Below are positions 1 through 13,215 of a DNA stretch of 64,000 bases, piece by piece. A program made the translations under genes and the position numbers. The stretch comes from the human T2T-CHM13v2.0 reference genome, Homo sapiens. How positions within the stretch are numbered: position 1 is the stretch's first letter; every line of letters starts with the position of its first letter. Location of the stretch: the NCBI RefSeq assembly GCF_009914755.1, contig NC_060933.1, one strand, 5' to 3'. The notes below the pieces were generated by a model that saw nothing but the letters and a program-made list of their open reading frames with translations, ran no database searches and was not told the DNA's origin.

Positions 1-1043
1 CTGCTTGGTGCCAAGGAAGTCAGCTTATAGTCCCACATTCTTCGCCTGGAAATCCGAAGTCTGTAAGCCATTTAAGTTCCCACTGTTGTCATTTTTGTCC
101 CTTAAGCTCAGTTCTTGCACTAAACAAAAGCCTGCATACGCCCAGTACCAAAGGTTGGAAGAGCTGGTTCAGGAGTCAGGTGCATGAGGGGCAGAAGTCC
201 AGCTACTGCCCATATACCTCACATCAGAAGAGAGACTGGGGAGTAAACAGTGGTTATGACCTGAACCTTCCACATGCTTCCTCCTGAACCTCCTGAAGAT
301 AGAGGTTCCTTCCCTGCGGCCTAAACCAGTGCCTGGCATGCTGGATGTTACCAGATGAATAAGAAGTCTTTCCTTTTTTCTCATGGAAAACATGAGGTCT
401 GGGAACAGAAGGAAGCACTTTCCACAAGCCCGCACAGCACTAACAGAGAGCCCCGGGCGAGACAATAGCATCCTGGTATTGGCAGTTCCACAAATGTAGT
501 GGAATTGGCCAACTTTCATGCATCTCTCTCAAGGTCTGTGTGCAGAAGTGGTTATCAAAGATTTCAAGTAAAAGGATTTCTTTTTAATGTCAGACTTTTG
601 TTGATTCTCCCACAGGATAGCAGCTCTACGTGCAGTACTGATTGAGCAGAGAAAAAAAAATCAAGCAGCTAATTTAAATTCTTCAGAGCTGTTACCTAAA
701 TTATGTTTTATTAATCACAACAGTATTTAATACATGTGAAAAGTAGTAAGATATAAATGCGTGAGCAGGGTCTAATACAAAGATCAGTAGGATTTGATAA
801 TCTGTGCTTAAAATCCATATGTGCATAAGTATAGACTTTTGATGCTGTCTCTAAATGAGGTTGTATGGTCTCAGAAATGCACTGACAGGGTTGAAAGAAT
901 TTGTTCAACTACACAACTTAACTTGTGTCTCAATACTGGTCCTTATTATCTATAGTACACTGTGACTTGATTCTTTTTATAAATACTGTACTAAAATAAT
1001 GTGAAGACAATTGCAATATTTTTAATGTGTTAAAATCTATAAG

Positions 1044-1766
1044 CCAATGCTAGCCAAGATGTGACCCATGGACTATGCCAGAACATGAACAGTGCATGAC
1101 TGGTCCTCCAAGACAGCAGTCACCATCCTTTTTGGAACCAGGGACCAGTTTCACGGAAGATAATTTTTCCAACGACAGGGTGGTGGGATGGTTTCAGGAT
1201 GATTCAGGCACCTAACATTTATTGTGCACTTTATTTCTATTATTATTGTATTGTAATATATAAGGAAATAATTATACAATTTACCATAATGTAGACTCGG
1301 TGGGAGCCCTGAGCTTGTTTTCCTGCAACTAACTGGGGGTGGTGGGAGACAGTGACAGATCATCAGGCATTAGATTCTCATAAGGAGTGTGCAGCCTAGA
1401 TCTCTCACCTGCACAGCTCACAATAGCTTTGCACTCCCATGAGAATCTAATGCTGCCGCTGATCTGACAGGAGGTGGAGCTCAGGTAGTACTGCGAGGGA
1501 TGGGGAGCAGCTGTAAATACAGATGAAGCTTCTTGCTTGCCCGCAGCTCACCTACTGCTATGCAGCTCAGTTCTGAGGCCCGGGGATTGGATCCCCTACT
1601 CCAAAAAACAAGTGCAGAAATTAAGATCAATTTAATTCTATTGTGTGTGTGTTTTTGATTTTGTTTTTTTTTTTGTTGTTGTTTTTTTTTTTTACAAATA
1701 TTGGTCCAAAGTAGACTGGAGGAATAAAAATCTAGTACTTGTGTCTCCCCACAGAGAGTTTGAGAG
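1044..1766. mobile_element. Old hAT-Charlie non-autonomous element (Charlie18a-like), split by the MER1A insertion
   Basis: Left piece ccaatgctagccaagatgtgacccatggac...actggtcc; right piece acaagtgcagaaattaaga...tattggtcc...cacagagagtttgaga. Both resemble a Charlie-type MITE consensus as recalled; highly diverged. Confidence 0.4.
1114..1598 (-). mobile_element. MER1A (hAT-Charlie DNA transposon), near full length
   Basis: Ends cagcagtcaccatcctttttgg and ggatccccta; 8-bp TSD ctccaaga (1106-1113)/ctccaaaa (1599-1606); internal 15-bp inverted repeat gcattagattctcat/atgagaatctaatgc. Confidence 0.9.
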
Positions 1767-3050
1767 TTTGAGACTCTCTGATCTAAACTGTGCCACCAGG
1801 CTTGGGGGTTCTGTTTGGGATTTCTTTAGTCCACAAGCCCCAAAGTGTAAAAGGGGTTGTGTCCTCTCTCTCACCTTCTCTGCCCATTTTTCAGACAATT
1901 TTTAGTGTGCGTTGGATTGCTGAACCCCCTGCAATAATCTCATCTTCCCTCAGGGTGGAAAGTGTTAGTCTCCTGGGTATGGCAGGATACTTGGCATAAT
2001 TCTGGGCATCTCAAAAGGCAAATTCTCTCCCTGGGCTACAGACTCACTGATATGGCAAACTAGGATCTATTTCAAAAGAATTTGTGTGAAACAATCACAT
2101 GTCTGATTAGGGATGGCTGGGTAAGAGTGGGCTAACCCTTTTGAGAGAGTGAAAAAAAGTATTTAGTTACTCTGAATCTCTATCTCCTGGTCTGTAAACT
2201 CTACATAATGCAGTCTTTAATGGGTAACCTGTGTATTAAAGACAATGTTTGTAAATATCTTGTTGGACACACAGTAGCTGCTCAATAAATGACAGCTATA
2301 TACTGTTGTTGTTTGTAATATGATGATTTTGTTTCTTCTGATGCCCACAGTACCTTCTCTTCAAAGGCTGCTGAGTGGACCAGAGTCAGTAGTAAGTCCC
2401 ACCAAACACAGATGTCAGGAGAGCTTATCATTCTCTCACAGAACGGGTTGGATTTACCCCTTTACACCCTATGGAACCTAATTTTTACAATCACAAACTA
2501 GCCTACTTGTCAGAAAAGTCCACCTCTCCTCCCCACCCCAAAGTATGTACTAGGAAAACAGAAGACGCCACTGTGTTCTAATCTTGTTTTCACCACTCAT
2601 CAGCTAAGTGGCCTTAAGAAAGTCACCAAATTCCTCTGAGACTGTTTCTCCTTCCATAATGGGAGAATAATGATGGTAACTTCCAGATGTATCCCCAATT
2701 AGATATTCTAAGGCTCATTCATGTATCTATTAAACACCTATTATGCACCAGGCATTGAGATAGGGATTATAAATAAGCGAAGAGTGAAACCTAGAAATTT
2801 ATCATCTCACAGATCTTAAAATCCTGCCCTTTGTAAAATGTGAATGAATTTTGTAAACTGCAAAGTATTATACCAATGTTAGATGTCATTATTAATAATA
2901 TTAAGAATAATCTTAATCTTAAATCTTTGTCTCAATTTTACAGATCCTTTTAGATATAAGGAAGTTAAGTGGAATAGTATTTGCCTCCCAGAACTGTCCT
3001 CTATAGATTTAAAAAAAAAAAAAAAGGGAACAAAAAGACAAAGAACTCAA

Positions 3051-3355
3051 TTCTTTTTTTTATTCATTTGAGTTTTATTTTACGTTCATGGGTACATGTG
3101 CAGGTTCGTTATACAGGTAAACTTGTGTCATGGGGGTTTGTTGTACAGATTATCTCATCACCCAGGTATTAAGCCTAGTACCCATTAGTAATTTTTTCTG
3201 ATCCTCTCCCTCCTCCCACTCTCCACCCCCAACAAGTTTCCATGTCTGTTGTTCCCCTCTTTGTGTCCATGTGTTCTCATCATTTAGCTCCCACTTATAA
3301 GTGAGAACAGGTGGTATTTGGTTTTCTGTTCCTGCTTTAGTTTGCTAAGGATAAC
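3051..3355 (-). mobile_element. L1 3' end (older L1PA, about PA13-like), 5'-truncated
   Basis: T-rich tail, then ggtacatgtgcagg...cacccaggtattaagcctagtaccc...cccacttataagtgagaac; reverse frame reads VILSKLKQEQKTKYHLFSLISGS (ORF2 C-terminus). Confidence 0.85.
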
Positions 3356-4084
3356 TTTCCTTGATTCTCTGCAGCCAACTGCTGATGATGCATTTACTTC
3401 AACTCCCAAGTTCAGCAGTAAAATTAAAACAACAATAAATTTGTGCTTAAAGAAAAAGAGCAAAGAAATCAATTGCCCAAGTCAGCAATAGCTTTTCTTC
3501 AATTAAAAAAAAAAAAAAAGTCTGGCAGATTTCAGTCCCCAATTCCTAAAACTCCAAGCGAGGTTTTGTTCAGCCTTTTAGACATTGGTTAAGTGGAAAA
3601 AACAGTACCAACCCCAAAATACTGAATATATTGCTAAACAAGTTTAGAGTTTGGATAGCTACCTTTAGGGATGAAGGTATGAACACAGTAATAAGAACTA
3701 CTATTCATTTAACACTTACTGTATATCAAGAACTTTGCTACATATTTTGCATTTGATCTCTTGACAACCCATTGGGGTAGTTAATATTCTCCTCATGTTA
3801 CAGATGAGGAAAAATGAACTCAGAAATTCTGTGTTTGTTTACAGGGCTGTCAAACCGAGGTCTGACACCTATGCTGAATCTGTTCTAGGAACTCAGTTGG
3901 CCTATGTGTCCCCATTCTCTATGTGGAGAGAGAGGAAAACAACAATATGAGGATTTGGAAGCAATGTCAAGTTCTCCAATTACTAGAATTTGGACACTGG
4001 CAGGAAGGAGCACTGGGTTACCCACAACAACACCAGGCTGGGAAAAGGCAGTTTTATAAAATACAAAGCACATTATAATAGACT

Positions 4085-4595
4085 TCATTGGTTAACTGCT
4101 TAGCAACCATACATCCCTTTATCTTTCTTAAAGGAACCCAGATTTTCCTCAGGTATGCACATGCGTGTACACACATGCACGCACACACATGGTACAGGCA
4201 TAAGCCTCAAGGAACTATGACCCAATCGCATCTGAGGGCTCTAGCTTGGTTGGTATGAGGGTAACCCCACCTCTCTTGTCTGATTGGTTCAGGAAAGGAC
4301 ACATGACCCAGCTTAGGCCAATGAGACATGAGGAATACTTTACGAGGGCTTCTGGGATAATTCTTATTTACTCTTCTGAAAGAGCTTCGAGAAGAGACTT
4401 GCCCTTCCCTCTGGACCATACACAGAGGTGCAGTGGGATTGAGGATGAAGCCGAAATATTCACAGAGAAATGGAGCCTGTGTCTGCAAACTGTCAATCAG
4501 TTAATGTGAATTTCCTTGGAGATGCCCATGAAATTCCTTATTATTTCAGCAAGTACAGATTGGCTTTTCTGTTTGTTGCACCCAACATTTTCACT
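4085..4595 (+). mobile_element. MLT1K/L-like MaLR solo LTR (old)
   Basis: tgattggttcagg...acatgacccagcttaggccaatgaga motif and terminal ttggcttttctgtttgttgcacccaac, typical of old MLT1. Confidence 0.6.
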
Positions 4596-4677
4596 CCGGA
4601 GAGAAGGTAAATCAATGCCTCAGGCCAAGAAGAGCTAAGAGAGAACAGTAATGCTGGTGTGAAACACAGTTGCAGAG

Positions 4678-4837
4678 ATGGCTGACTGATGAGCCCGGGA
4701 GCAGTCCATTGACTCTACTCTTTGTTCTGCTGTGTTCTATTCAGTCAGCATAGTGTTAACTGAGCTGATCATGGCTGACTGATGAGCCCAGGAGCAGAGT
4801 CCATTGACTGCTGTGTTCTATCAGTCAGCATAGCGTT
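4678..4837. repeat. Two-copy tandem duplication, each copy bounded by inverted gctgactga/tcagtcagc
   Basis: Copies at 4678-4757 and 4771-4837 read directly from the sequence. Confidence 0.9.
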
Positions 4838-6281
4838 TTGGTGTTTTTGAATGGGGAGACTGCACATAAAATCTGGATGCTAGCTGCCCTTGAAAAGCTG
4901 GAGGGTGTGGAAGCTGGACCGTAAAGGTCTGGTTGGCTTCTCCTTTCCCTGAAAAATGAACTCTGCAGTCCACCACATTTCCGCCTTCCCTGTTGTCTTC
5001 CGCTTCTTCCATTTCCCTCAATTCCCTGATCACTGGAGGTATTTGAGTTTACAATCCCTAATCTGAGGCAATAACAGAGGTCTCAGAAAGCGATCCTTGA
5101 AAGAGCTTTCCTTGGAAGTACATCCTCAGAGCCAGGAAACATCCTCAGCGGACACAGCTTTGGGCTGCCCTCTAAAGCTGCCCAACAACTGGGGTCCTAG
5201 GACACAATGGAGGAAGGAAAACCTAATACAGAACAGAGACATGGGAGAGGCTCGCTGGAATGAGGGAAGCAGGCAAGGGCCAGAGGAGTTGGAAGCACAG
5301 CCCCAGGATGGTGGGAACAGTTTGCTCTGGGGTTGGCACTGTTCCTCCAGGACCCCTCTATGATAAACAGAAGTGGGAGCTGTGAGGCCTCATTTCCTAA
5401 TTATGAGGGTTGTGAGGTTCTTGTTCAAAGGGCTCTGTTGCTTGGCACCTTATGCCTGCAGAAGTTGCTTTTGAGAAGGGACAGCCTTCATAAATGTACA
5501 TCTGGGAAAGAACAGAATTGTCTCTGGTGATTCTTCTACCTGGAAGGAAGAATCCAATCATCTGAATGCCCAGAAACTCCATGAGGAGCTTCAAACCAAT
5601 TACAAGGCCCTTAACAGCAACTAAATGCTCAGTTTGCTGCTAGGATTATGTCTTCTAGGGACAGATGGATACATTTCTCTGGTGAATTAAGGGCCTTGAT
5701 TCATTTACCTTCATAGGCAGATGAATACAGAATAGTAATGAGAAACTGGTGAACTAAATAGTTCTGCTTTTATTGTCAAGGACAAGCATTTATTAATATA
5801 AGAAAGATTGTAGCTTGATTGAACAACATAAAAGTGCTCTGTTAATATTCTGCTATAAAAAAACTCAAGCCTATTTGTGTAAATTCACACATTTTGTTAT
5901 GTTAGGGACCACAGCTTTAACAAAAACTGCATCTCTTTAATAAGAAAACCTTTATTAAACAGCAAGTAATATATTGCTTTGTTAACAGTAACTGGTACTA
6001 TTACAAACAGTAACTGGCATTCTTCCTATTGCAAACAGTAACTAGTATTAGATATTACGCTGTGATATATATTCAGAAAATTACATCATCCCAAGAATAT
6101 GAGAGAAATATTAAAGCTATTTAAATGGGAGATAAATGTAAAGAAAAACAAGAATAGAGGAACCTCTCATGGTTGAATCTGTGGTTCTCACACAGAAATT
6201 AAAAGTTTCTTTGATTTGTGTTATCCAAATATTTTCAAATGTATGGAAGATAAACCCAAGATTTGGGAAAAATGAAATATG

Positions 6282-6417
6282 CCTAATGCTAAATGACGAG
6301 TTAATGGGTGCAGCACACCAACATGGCACATGTATACATACATAACAAACCTGCACGTTGTGCACATGTACCCTAAAACTTAAAGTATAATAATAATAAA
6401 ATTTTTAAAAGAAGAAA
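6282..6417 (+). mobile_element. Very short L1PA (about PA4-5) 3' end
   Basis: cctaatgctaaatgacgagttaatgggtgcagcacaccaacatggcacatg...cttaaagtataataataa; candidate TSD gaaatatg (6274-6281/6418-6425). Confidence 0.9.
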
Positions 6418-7465
6418 GAAATATGTAATTCTGAATACATATCTGTTTTAGAGTAATAATTAGTAGCTAAAGCTAAGATAATTGCAAATACAGGCAAATT
6501 TTATTAAAGGCGTTTTTGTGCCCAGTAAGTATTCATAAGTTGGTGGAGGATTATGACTATAGTAGTGACCTAAAAAACAGAAAATAACAACAAAAACAAT
6601 ACCAGGGCCAGCTACCCATGAGGGAAACAAAATCAATAGTTGCCTGAAAGTGAGCACTGGATACAAAAACAAAGGCAAGACACAAACAGCCACCTTACCC
6701 AGCCAGGCCCAATGGTAGAGAATGAAAACCCAACTGCTTATCTAATGCCCATGGTAGCCCCTACACACTATGAGAAGATAGACATACAGTCAACATCACA
6801 GCAAGAGGCTTAATAGTATTAAAGCTAGAGAAGTCAAAAGGGTCCTAAGGAAGAAAGACAAAGAAATAGTGCATCCAGGAGAAGATGAAGCAGCCAGAAT
6901 ACGTTGGTCAGTTTTTCATCTGAATCCTAAACAGTGTCTTCTGAAGGAGTGTCACAGTTGAATAATCAGTCAAGGTAGCTTGGAGTTAGTAACGTTTGCC
7001 TCTTTTTGTTTCTCTTCTGGGTGTTTTCTGCCTCCATTACCTCTACTGCGTACTGTGGCTTTCATTCTAAAAGATGCCTTGTGTATCTGTTCCTAGTCAT
7101 TCGGTCATTTCTGTTCTGACTGGCACACAGGTCCATCCCAATGCTCAGGGAATCATATTTGATTTGTCAGCTCTTCTTAGCAGTTTTTGCCACAGCCTGT
7201 GCTCAAAAGGTTCTTTCTTCTCCATCTTTTTCTTCTTCTTCTTGTTCCAGATTTTCGTGCCAGGTCCAGCTCTTCAAAGCACTCACATCAGAATAATCTA
7301 GACATTTTACAAGTTGAATCTTTTCTATGATTTTAACAAAGTGAGTTTTTTTCTTCATGCTAAGGCTAAGGCTCAAAGAAGCTAATTAACTTATCCAAAG
7401 TCAACAGAGCTAGAAACTGGCAGAGTAAATATTTAAACCTGGGACTGCTATATTTGGTTATTATA

Positions 7466-7587
7466 ACCACATTTTTTAATTGTTAAAAAGAAATAAATAA
7501 CTTCCTCAACTTGATAAAGAACGTCTACCACATTTTAAAATTGTTAAAAAGAAATAAATAACTTCCTCAACTTGATAAAGAATGTCT
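7466..7587. repeat. 61-bp tandem duplication at the 5' edge of an L1M fragment
   Basis: 7466-7526 vs 7527-7587, 3 mismatches. Confidence 0.95.
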
Positions 7588-8500
7588 ATTAAAACTATAC
7601 AGCTAACATCATACTTAATAGTGAGAAACTAGATGTGTTTCCCTTAAAACAGGGAACAAGGCAAAGATGTCCTCTCTTACCACTTCTTTTCAACACCATA
7701 CTGGAAGTCCTAGCTAATGCAGTAACACAAGACAAGAAAGAAAAAAGAAGAGAAAAGAAAAGACAGGAGAGGAGAAGAGAGAAAAGAAAAGAAAAAGGTA
7801 TGCAGATTGGGAAGGAAGAAATAAAAATTTCTTTGTCTGCAGATGACATCAGATGTTCTCATTGTCTATGTAAAAAATATCAAAGAATCTACCAAAAAAA
7901 CCCACTCCTAGAATTAATAAACTAATAAATGCAATGTTGCAGGACATAAAGCTAACATACAAAAATAAATTGTTTTCCTATAGACCAGCAATGAACAATT
8001 GAAAGTTGAAATTAAAAACAAAAGACCATTTATATTAGCACCCCAAAAAATGAAATACTTAGGGATAACTCTAACAAAATATGTACAAAATCTATATCAG
8101 GAAAACTACCAAAATTTGGATGAAAGAAATAAAAGATCTAAATAAATGGATATTCTAGTACCCATGAACAGAATAGAAAAACTCAATATTGTCAAGATGT
8201 CAGTTCTTTTCAATTTATTCTATAGATTCAATGCAAGCTCCATCAAAATCCCAGTGGGATATTGACAGTCAGATTCTGATGTTTTGTGAAAAGGCAAAAG
8301 ATTTAGAGTGGCCAACACAGTATTGATGACAAACAATGTCAGAGGACTGATGCTACCCAGCTTCAAGACTTACTATAAAGTTACAGTGATGAAGGCAATG
8401 TGGTATTAGCAAAATAATAGGCAAATAGAAAAATGAAACACAATAGAGAACCCAGAAATAGACTCACACAAATATAGTCAACTGATTTCTGACAAAAAGT
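7495..8500 (+). mobile_element. L1M ORF2 (reverse transcriptase region) fragment, degenerate
   Basis: ORF 7635-7925 [21 protein letters not shown]...[10 protein letters not shown] matches the L1 RT motifs GTRQGCPLSP and FADD; purine-rich expansion at 7731-7797. Confidence 0.9.
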
Positions 8501-8799
8501 CCCCAAAGGATAAAATATATATTTTTAAGTTATCCTGACCACAGTAGCTGAGACAAGATTTTAAGCAAAGTGCTTTCAGAAATGAGCTATCTTTATTAAT
8601 CAATGCTTCCTGAACTTAAGTACATCTTCATTTAATATCTGCTTCTTTTTCTTAGTATAGTCTGTGATCTGGAATATTTGCTTCTCTAACAAGCCTTGTG
8701 AAACAGAAAGGCCAAACTCTCTGGGATTCACCATCTCCTTGAGCCACATCAGGAGATGCTAGCATCACCTCCTCTTCTTCTCAGATTCCTAATTAACAA

Positions 8800-9020
8800 G
8801 CATTCACTTAGAACTTCCTTAGTGCCTGGTTCTATGTACTATATTTAGATTACCTCAACTATTCATTGGATTTCATCCACGTAAGCCCCAGGAGCTAATT
8901 GCGTTCCCATTTTCAACAAGAGGAAGATAAAACTTAGGGTGGCTGAATAACTTGACCAAGGTCACATGGCAAGCAAATGGCAAAATGCCAGGTTTGAACT
9001 CAGGTCTCTCAGAGTCCAGA
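8800..9020 (-). mobile_element. MIR
   Basis: taacttgaccaaggtcacatggc...ccaggtttgaactcaggtct core in reverse orientation. Confidence 0.7.
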
Positions 9021-9237
9021 AAGAAAAGACTAGAATTATTAACCGTTAGCGAGCAGTACAATGTTCAGATTTTTAAAAGTAGAATCACAGAATGTTGGAG
9101 TTGGAAGGTACTATAGAGATAATCTTATCCAAACTCTTCATCTCAGAAATGGGGAAACTGAGACCCAGAGAATTTTAGATGAAATAATACAAATTAGTGC
9201 TGGAATTAAGATTTCAAATCAAGAGCTGGAGCCAAGA

Positions 9238-9635
9238 TATATCAGTCAGGATAGGCTAGATTAAGCTGCAGTAACAAAGAATTCCAAAAGGTCAGTGAGT
9301 TAACACCACAGAGGTTTATTTCTCACTTAGTATGCACAGCCAATGAATATTAGCAGGGGAGAATTCTGCTCCTAATCTCTTTGAGATGTGAAGGGATTAA
9401 GGATTCCTCTTAACAGCTGTTTCAACAGTCAACACAGCAGCAGGAAAGGAATGTGGTGAGTCCCACACCAGCTTCTAAACATTCTGCCTGGAAGTGACAT
9501 GCATCACTTCGGTTTATTGGCCAAAATAAGATACATATCTTGCCTAACTTCAGAGAGGTAAGAAAGTAAAATTTCATCATGTGCCTAAAAGGATGAAATA
9601 AAGAATGCTTACAAATAATCCTAATAGCGATCACA
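9238..9635 (-). mobile_element. MLT1J-like MaLR solo LTR
   Basis: atcagtcaggataggctag...gctgcagtaacaaa...gtttatttctcac...ggaagtgacatgcatcacttc...attggccaaa. Confidence 0.7.
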
Positions 9636-10621
9636 CTAGGGCTCAGTCCAACACTGGGTTTAATTAGCATAGCAAGCTGGATTGGCCCTCCACAAGACTG
9701 TTTTTTAAATATGTACCTAAAATAATATTGTCACCCATTTTAAAATCAATACAAATATGCCTCAGGCATTTCTATAATAAATCTTAAACTATTATGTGCA
9801 TTTTAAGGCATTCCATGAGTTTAGAGTTCATGGTCTAATTGGAATTGCTTGTGGCTCATATTTTTTAAATGATTTGTGAGTATACAGCTCCAAGAAAAAT
9901 ACAGCAACAGTCAATTAGGAGCTGACATTCACACCCAGAGAGCAAAGAGATGGTTTCTGCTTGTGGAATTCTTAACGCCCCAGGAGCCTAACAAGGAAGA
10001 CAGAATTCCTCCTGAAATTGCATACGAGATGGCTACCCTGAACTCAACAGTCAAGGAAAACAAACTAACCAACCTGTGGCTCCAATTAAGCATAGAACCT
10101 CTGCACACTCTGTCTGTCAAGAGCCTTGGGCTGAGGGATTCTCCAGTTTCTGAGAATCATCTGACAATACAGCTCTTGGCCCCACTAGGATGATGGGGCC
10201 AAGCAGCCTAACCAAGAGTGGATGGATGAATAGTTTATGGAGAAATTTAGAAATGCATTACCATTTACACAGTTAGCTAGGCTTTGCTGGGGTAGGGGGA
10301 AAATGTCCTCATGCAAGGCTAATAAGAAAGGAAAACTAAAAAAGGGCAGAGAAATGAAGATAAGAGAAGGAGATTATATACATGCAGCCTTAATATAACC
10401 ATGGAAGTCCACATGTATCAGCCTCAGCAGGGCTCAGACACATTTTTAAAGAGAAACAGGTCAGTAGCAAAAATACTTGAAAAGAAATTCAAATCTTCAT
10501 TATTAGTTTTCAAGAAACATTAAAGAGAGCCTACGGTCTAAACCACAGTAACACTCCCCAAAAGCTCTTTAGCCAATTCAAATTTTCTCATAGCCTTGAG
10601 ATTCTACAGAGACTCTCAATT

Positions 10622-10940
10622 TTCCTTCTTTCTTTCTTTTTTTTTTTTTTTTTTTTTTTGAGATGGAGTTTCACTCTGTTGCCCAGGCTGTAGTACAATG
10701 GCGCGATCTTGGCTCACTGCAACCTCCGCCTCCCGGGTTCAAGCGATTCTCCTGTCTTAGCCTCCTGAGTAGCTGAGATTACAGGCACCCGCTACCATGC
10801 CCAGATAATTTTTGTATTTTTAGTAGAGACGGGGTTTCATCATATTGGCCAGGCTGGTCTCGAACTCCTGACCTCAGGTGATTCGCCTGCCTCAGCCTCC
10901 CAAAGTGCTGGACTTACAGGCGTGAGCCACCACGCTCAGC
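10622..10940 (-). mobile_element. AluS (Sx/Sq-like), full length
   Basis: Full dimer; TSD agactctcaatt (10610-10621/10942-10953). Confidence 0.97.
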
Positions 10941-11797
10941 AAGACTCTCAATTGTCAAAAACTCCAAATTCCCTCCCCCAGGCCAAACCCACAAGGCACT
11001 ATCTTTTCTCTCCACATCCCTAACTTCCCTAATGGTAGCATTTTTTGCAATAAGAAATCATCTTTCCTCTCTGGGAGAGAGAAACGGGAGGAAAGAGAAA
11101 TGGGAGACAGGCAGAAGGTGGCTCGAACACGCATGTGTGCTTGAAACTGCTGGGATAATGTTTTAAAGGGGCTTCTGCAGTGCTTCAAAGCATATCTCAG
11201 TTATACTTGGTGTAGCTTGCCTAGGTAGGATCCTGAGAAGGTTGAGAGGCTGGGAGTATAACAGGCTGAGCAGGAAGAGAGGAGACCCCACGAGAAGACG
11301 GAGTTAGCTCCAGAATGTCTTCCACTTCATTGGTATACATGTGGCTCGACACAGCCACACCACAGGAAATTACAGTCTAGTGTACTTCACATAAGTAATA
11401 TGACAGAGGCCATAACAATAATAGGAATAACAGCTGCAAATTACTGAGCACTAACTATAAATGAGGGCCTGTGCTAAGTGCTGCACAGAGATTATGTCAT
11501 TTACCCTTCCAACAACCCTAGCACCAGCCTTATTTGGTCGAATGACCTTCTAGAAATGTAAGACTTCCACCCACCTTTATTGCTAATTCCTCCAAGCTAC
11601 TTTTTTTCCCCTCTCAAACCCTACTCCTTACTTCCAGCCCAGCATGGCCCACAGCTCCACCCTGTGAAGGTCTAATGTCTCATTTCAATAGTGTCATACC
11701 CGAAGGTTCCCAGTAGTCAGGCAATTAGCAGGCCTGTGACCCACACAGCTCCTGGAATTCCTAAAACAACTGCTCTGTGTGCAGTGGGAATTCCTGC

Positions 11798-11843
11798 ATA
11801 CACACGCACACACACACACACACACACAAGCAGGCACGCACAC
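11798..11843. repeat. (CA)n microsatellite, interrupted
   Basis: Direct reading. Confidence 0.9.
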
Positions 11844-13215
11844 AAGAACGATTTGTCACAAATATTTAAAGACTGGAAGATGTAGGCTGGGCTCCCCGGC
11901 TATCACACCTACCCCTTTCTTCAAGCGATTAGTCACTAAGGAGGAAAAACATCTTGGTTATATTTACATCTCTTCTGACTACACAGCAACTCAAGCTGAG
12001 GGTGTTTCATTTTTATGAAACTAAAAATGTAGAGGAAGATTGATGTGAATTTTAATCGCCATTATCAGCTATTACAAGCCAGCTTTCTTCTTTAAGCATC
12101 CTCTGCCTTTTTTTTAACTCTTTGAGGCAGACAGCAGCTTCCTGAAGGAAGGAAAATATCACATCCAATCTACCAGCTCTTTATTTCTAAAGAACATTTT
12201 CACCCATTGTTTAGAAATGCATCATGGCAGAGCCTGATGGAACTGCATAAACCCACAAGAATGTGCAGAAATGCATGCTAAAAATGGGTGTAAAATCAGA
12301 GCCCCTCTCAGGGATGCACTCGTAAGAAGTTACATACATTTAAGACAAATATAAAATGAAAAAAAATAGACAGAATAAACCATTTTTGTAAAACTCAGAC
12401 GTTTTATGTTTGTGTGTATATTTATATGTACACACACATACATACATATACATGCAGACAAAAAGTAAAGATTTGAAGGCTAAAAAGCTAAATGTTGATG
12501 GGGATATTTGTGAGAGTTAAGAATTAAGTTATTTTTAGTTTTTGCTTTGTGCCTTTTTATTTGCGTTTTCTAGCTTTCCTACAAACAACAAGCATTGGGT
12601 TGCTTATCAGTGTAAAGGTAATGTGTTTCTTTTTCACGGCACAGGACACTGGTTTACTCTCTGAAGGGACACAGCCTATATTCCCAAGGGCTGATGGACT
12701 AGAGGTATCCTTAAGACTCACAAACCAGAATTCCAGTTCTCATGTTATCTAGAAGTACTGCTTCCTTTTCATTTTGGAGAGCAGAGAAGGAAGAGACGAT
12801 GGGCTGAGTGAAGACCGACCATCTCTGATCTTAAAGTTCCATTTCAGGGACCCCTTGTAGAGGCCCCTTTAAAACATTACCCCAGCAGTTTTAAGCACAA
12901 GTGCATGGTAGAGTCCCCTGCCTCTGCCAACTGATAGCCCTTGGCAACGTATTAACCTCTCTGGGCCTCCCAGTGCCCAGGTGTGCAACAGTGGGCTGCA
13001 CTGGATAATGGTGAAGCTCCGCCTCAGACCCAAGCTGAGGCAGTTCTGGGTTTCCACAATGCCATGTTAGCAGAGCGCCACCCTGGCTTTGTCCCAGGGC
13101 TTACAGTGATCCACTTACATCTGAACCCAATCAGCTGGGTCCCCTAAAAGTTGCATCATGGGATGAGGAAGGAGCGGTTCTGGGATACAGAGAGAAGGAT
13201 TGAAAGTATCCATAG

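Noticed and set aside
26-119. Possible minus-strand terminal exon (ttttgtttag|TGCAAGAACTG...GGACTATAA)
   Set aside because: Peptide not recognised and the window edge hides the downstream context; insufficient support.
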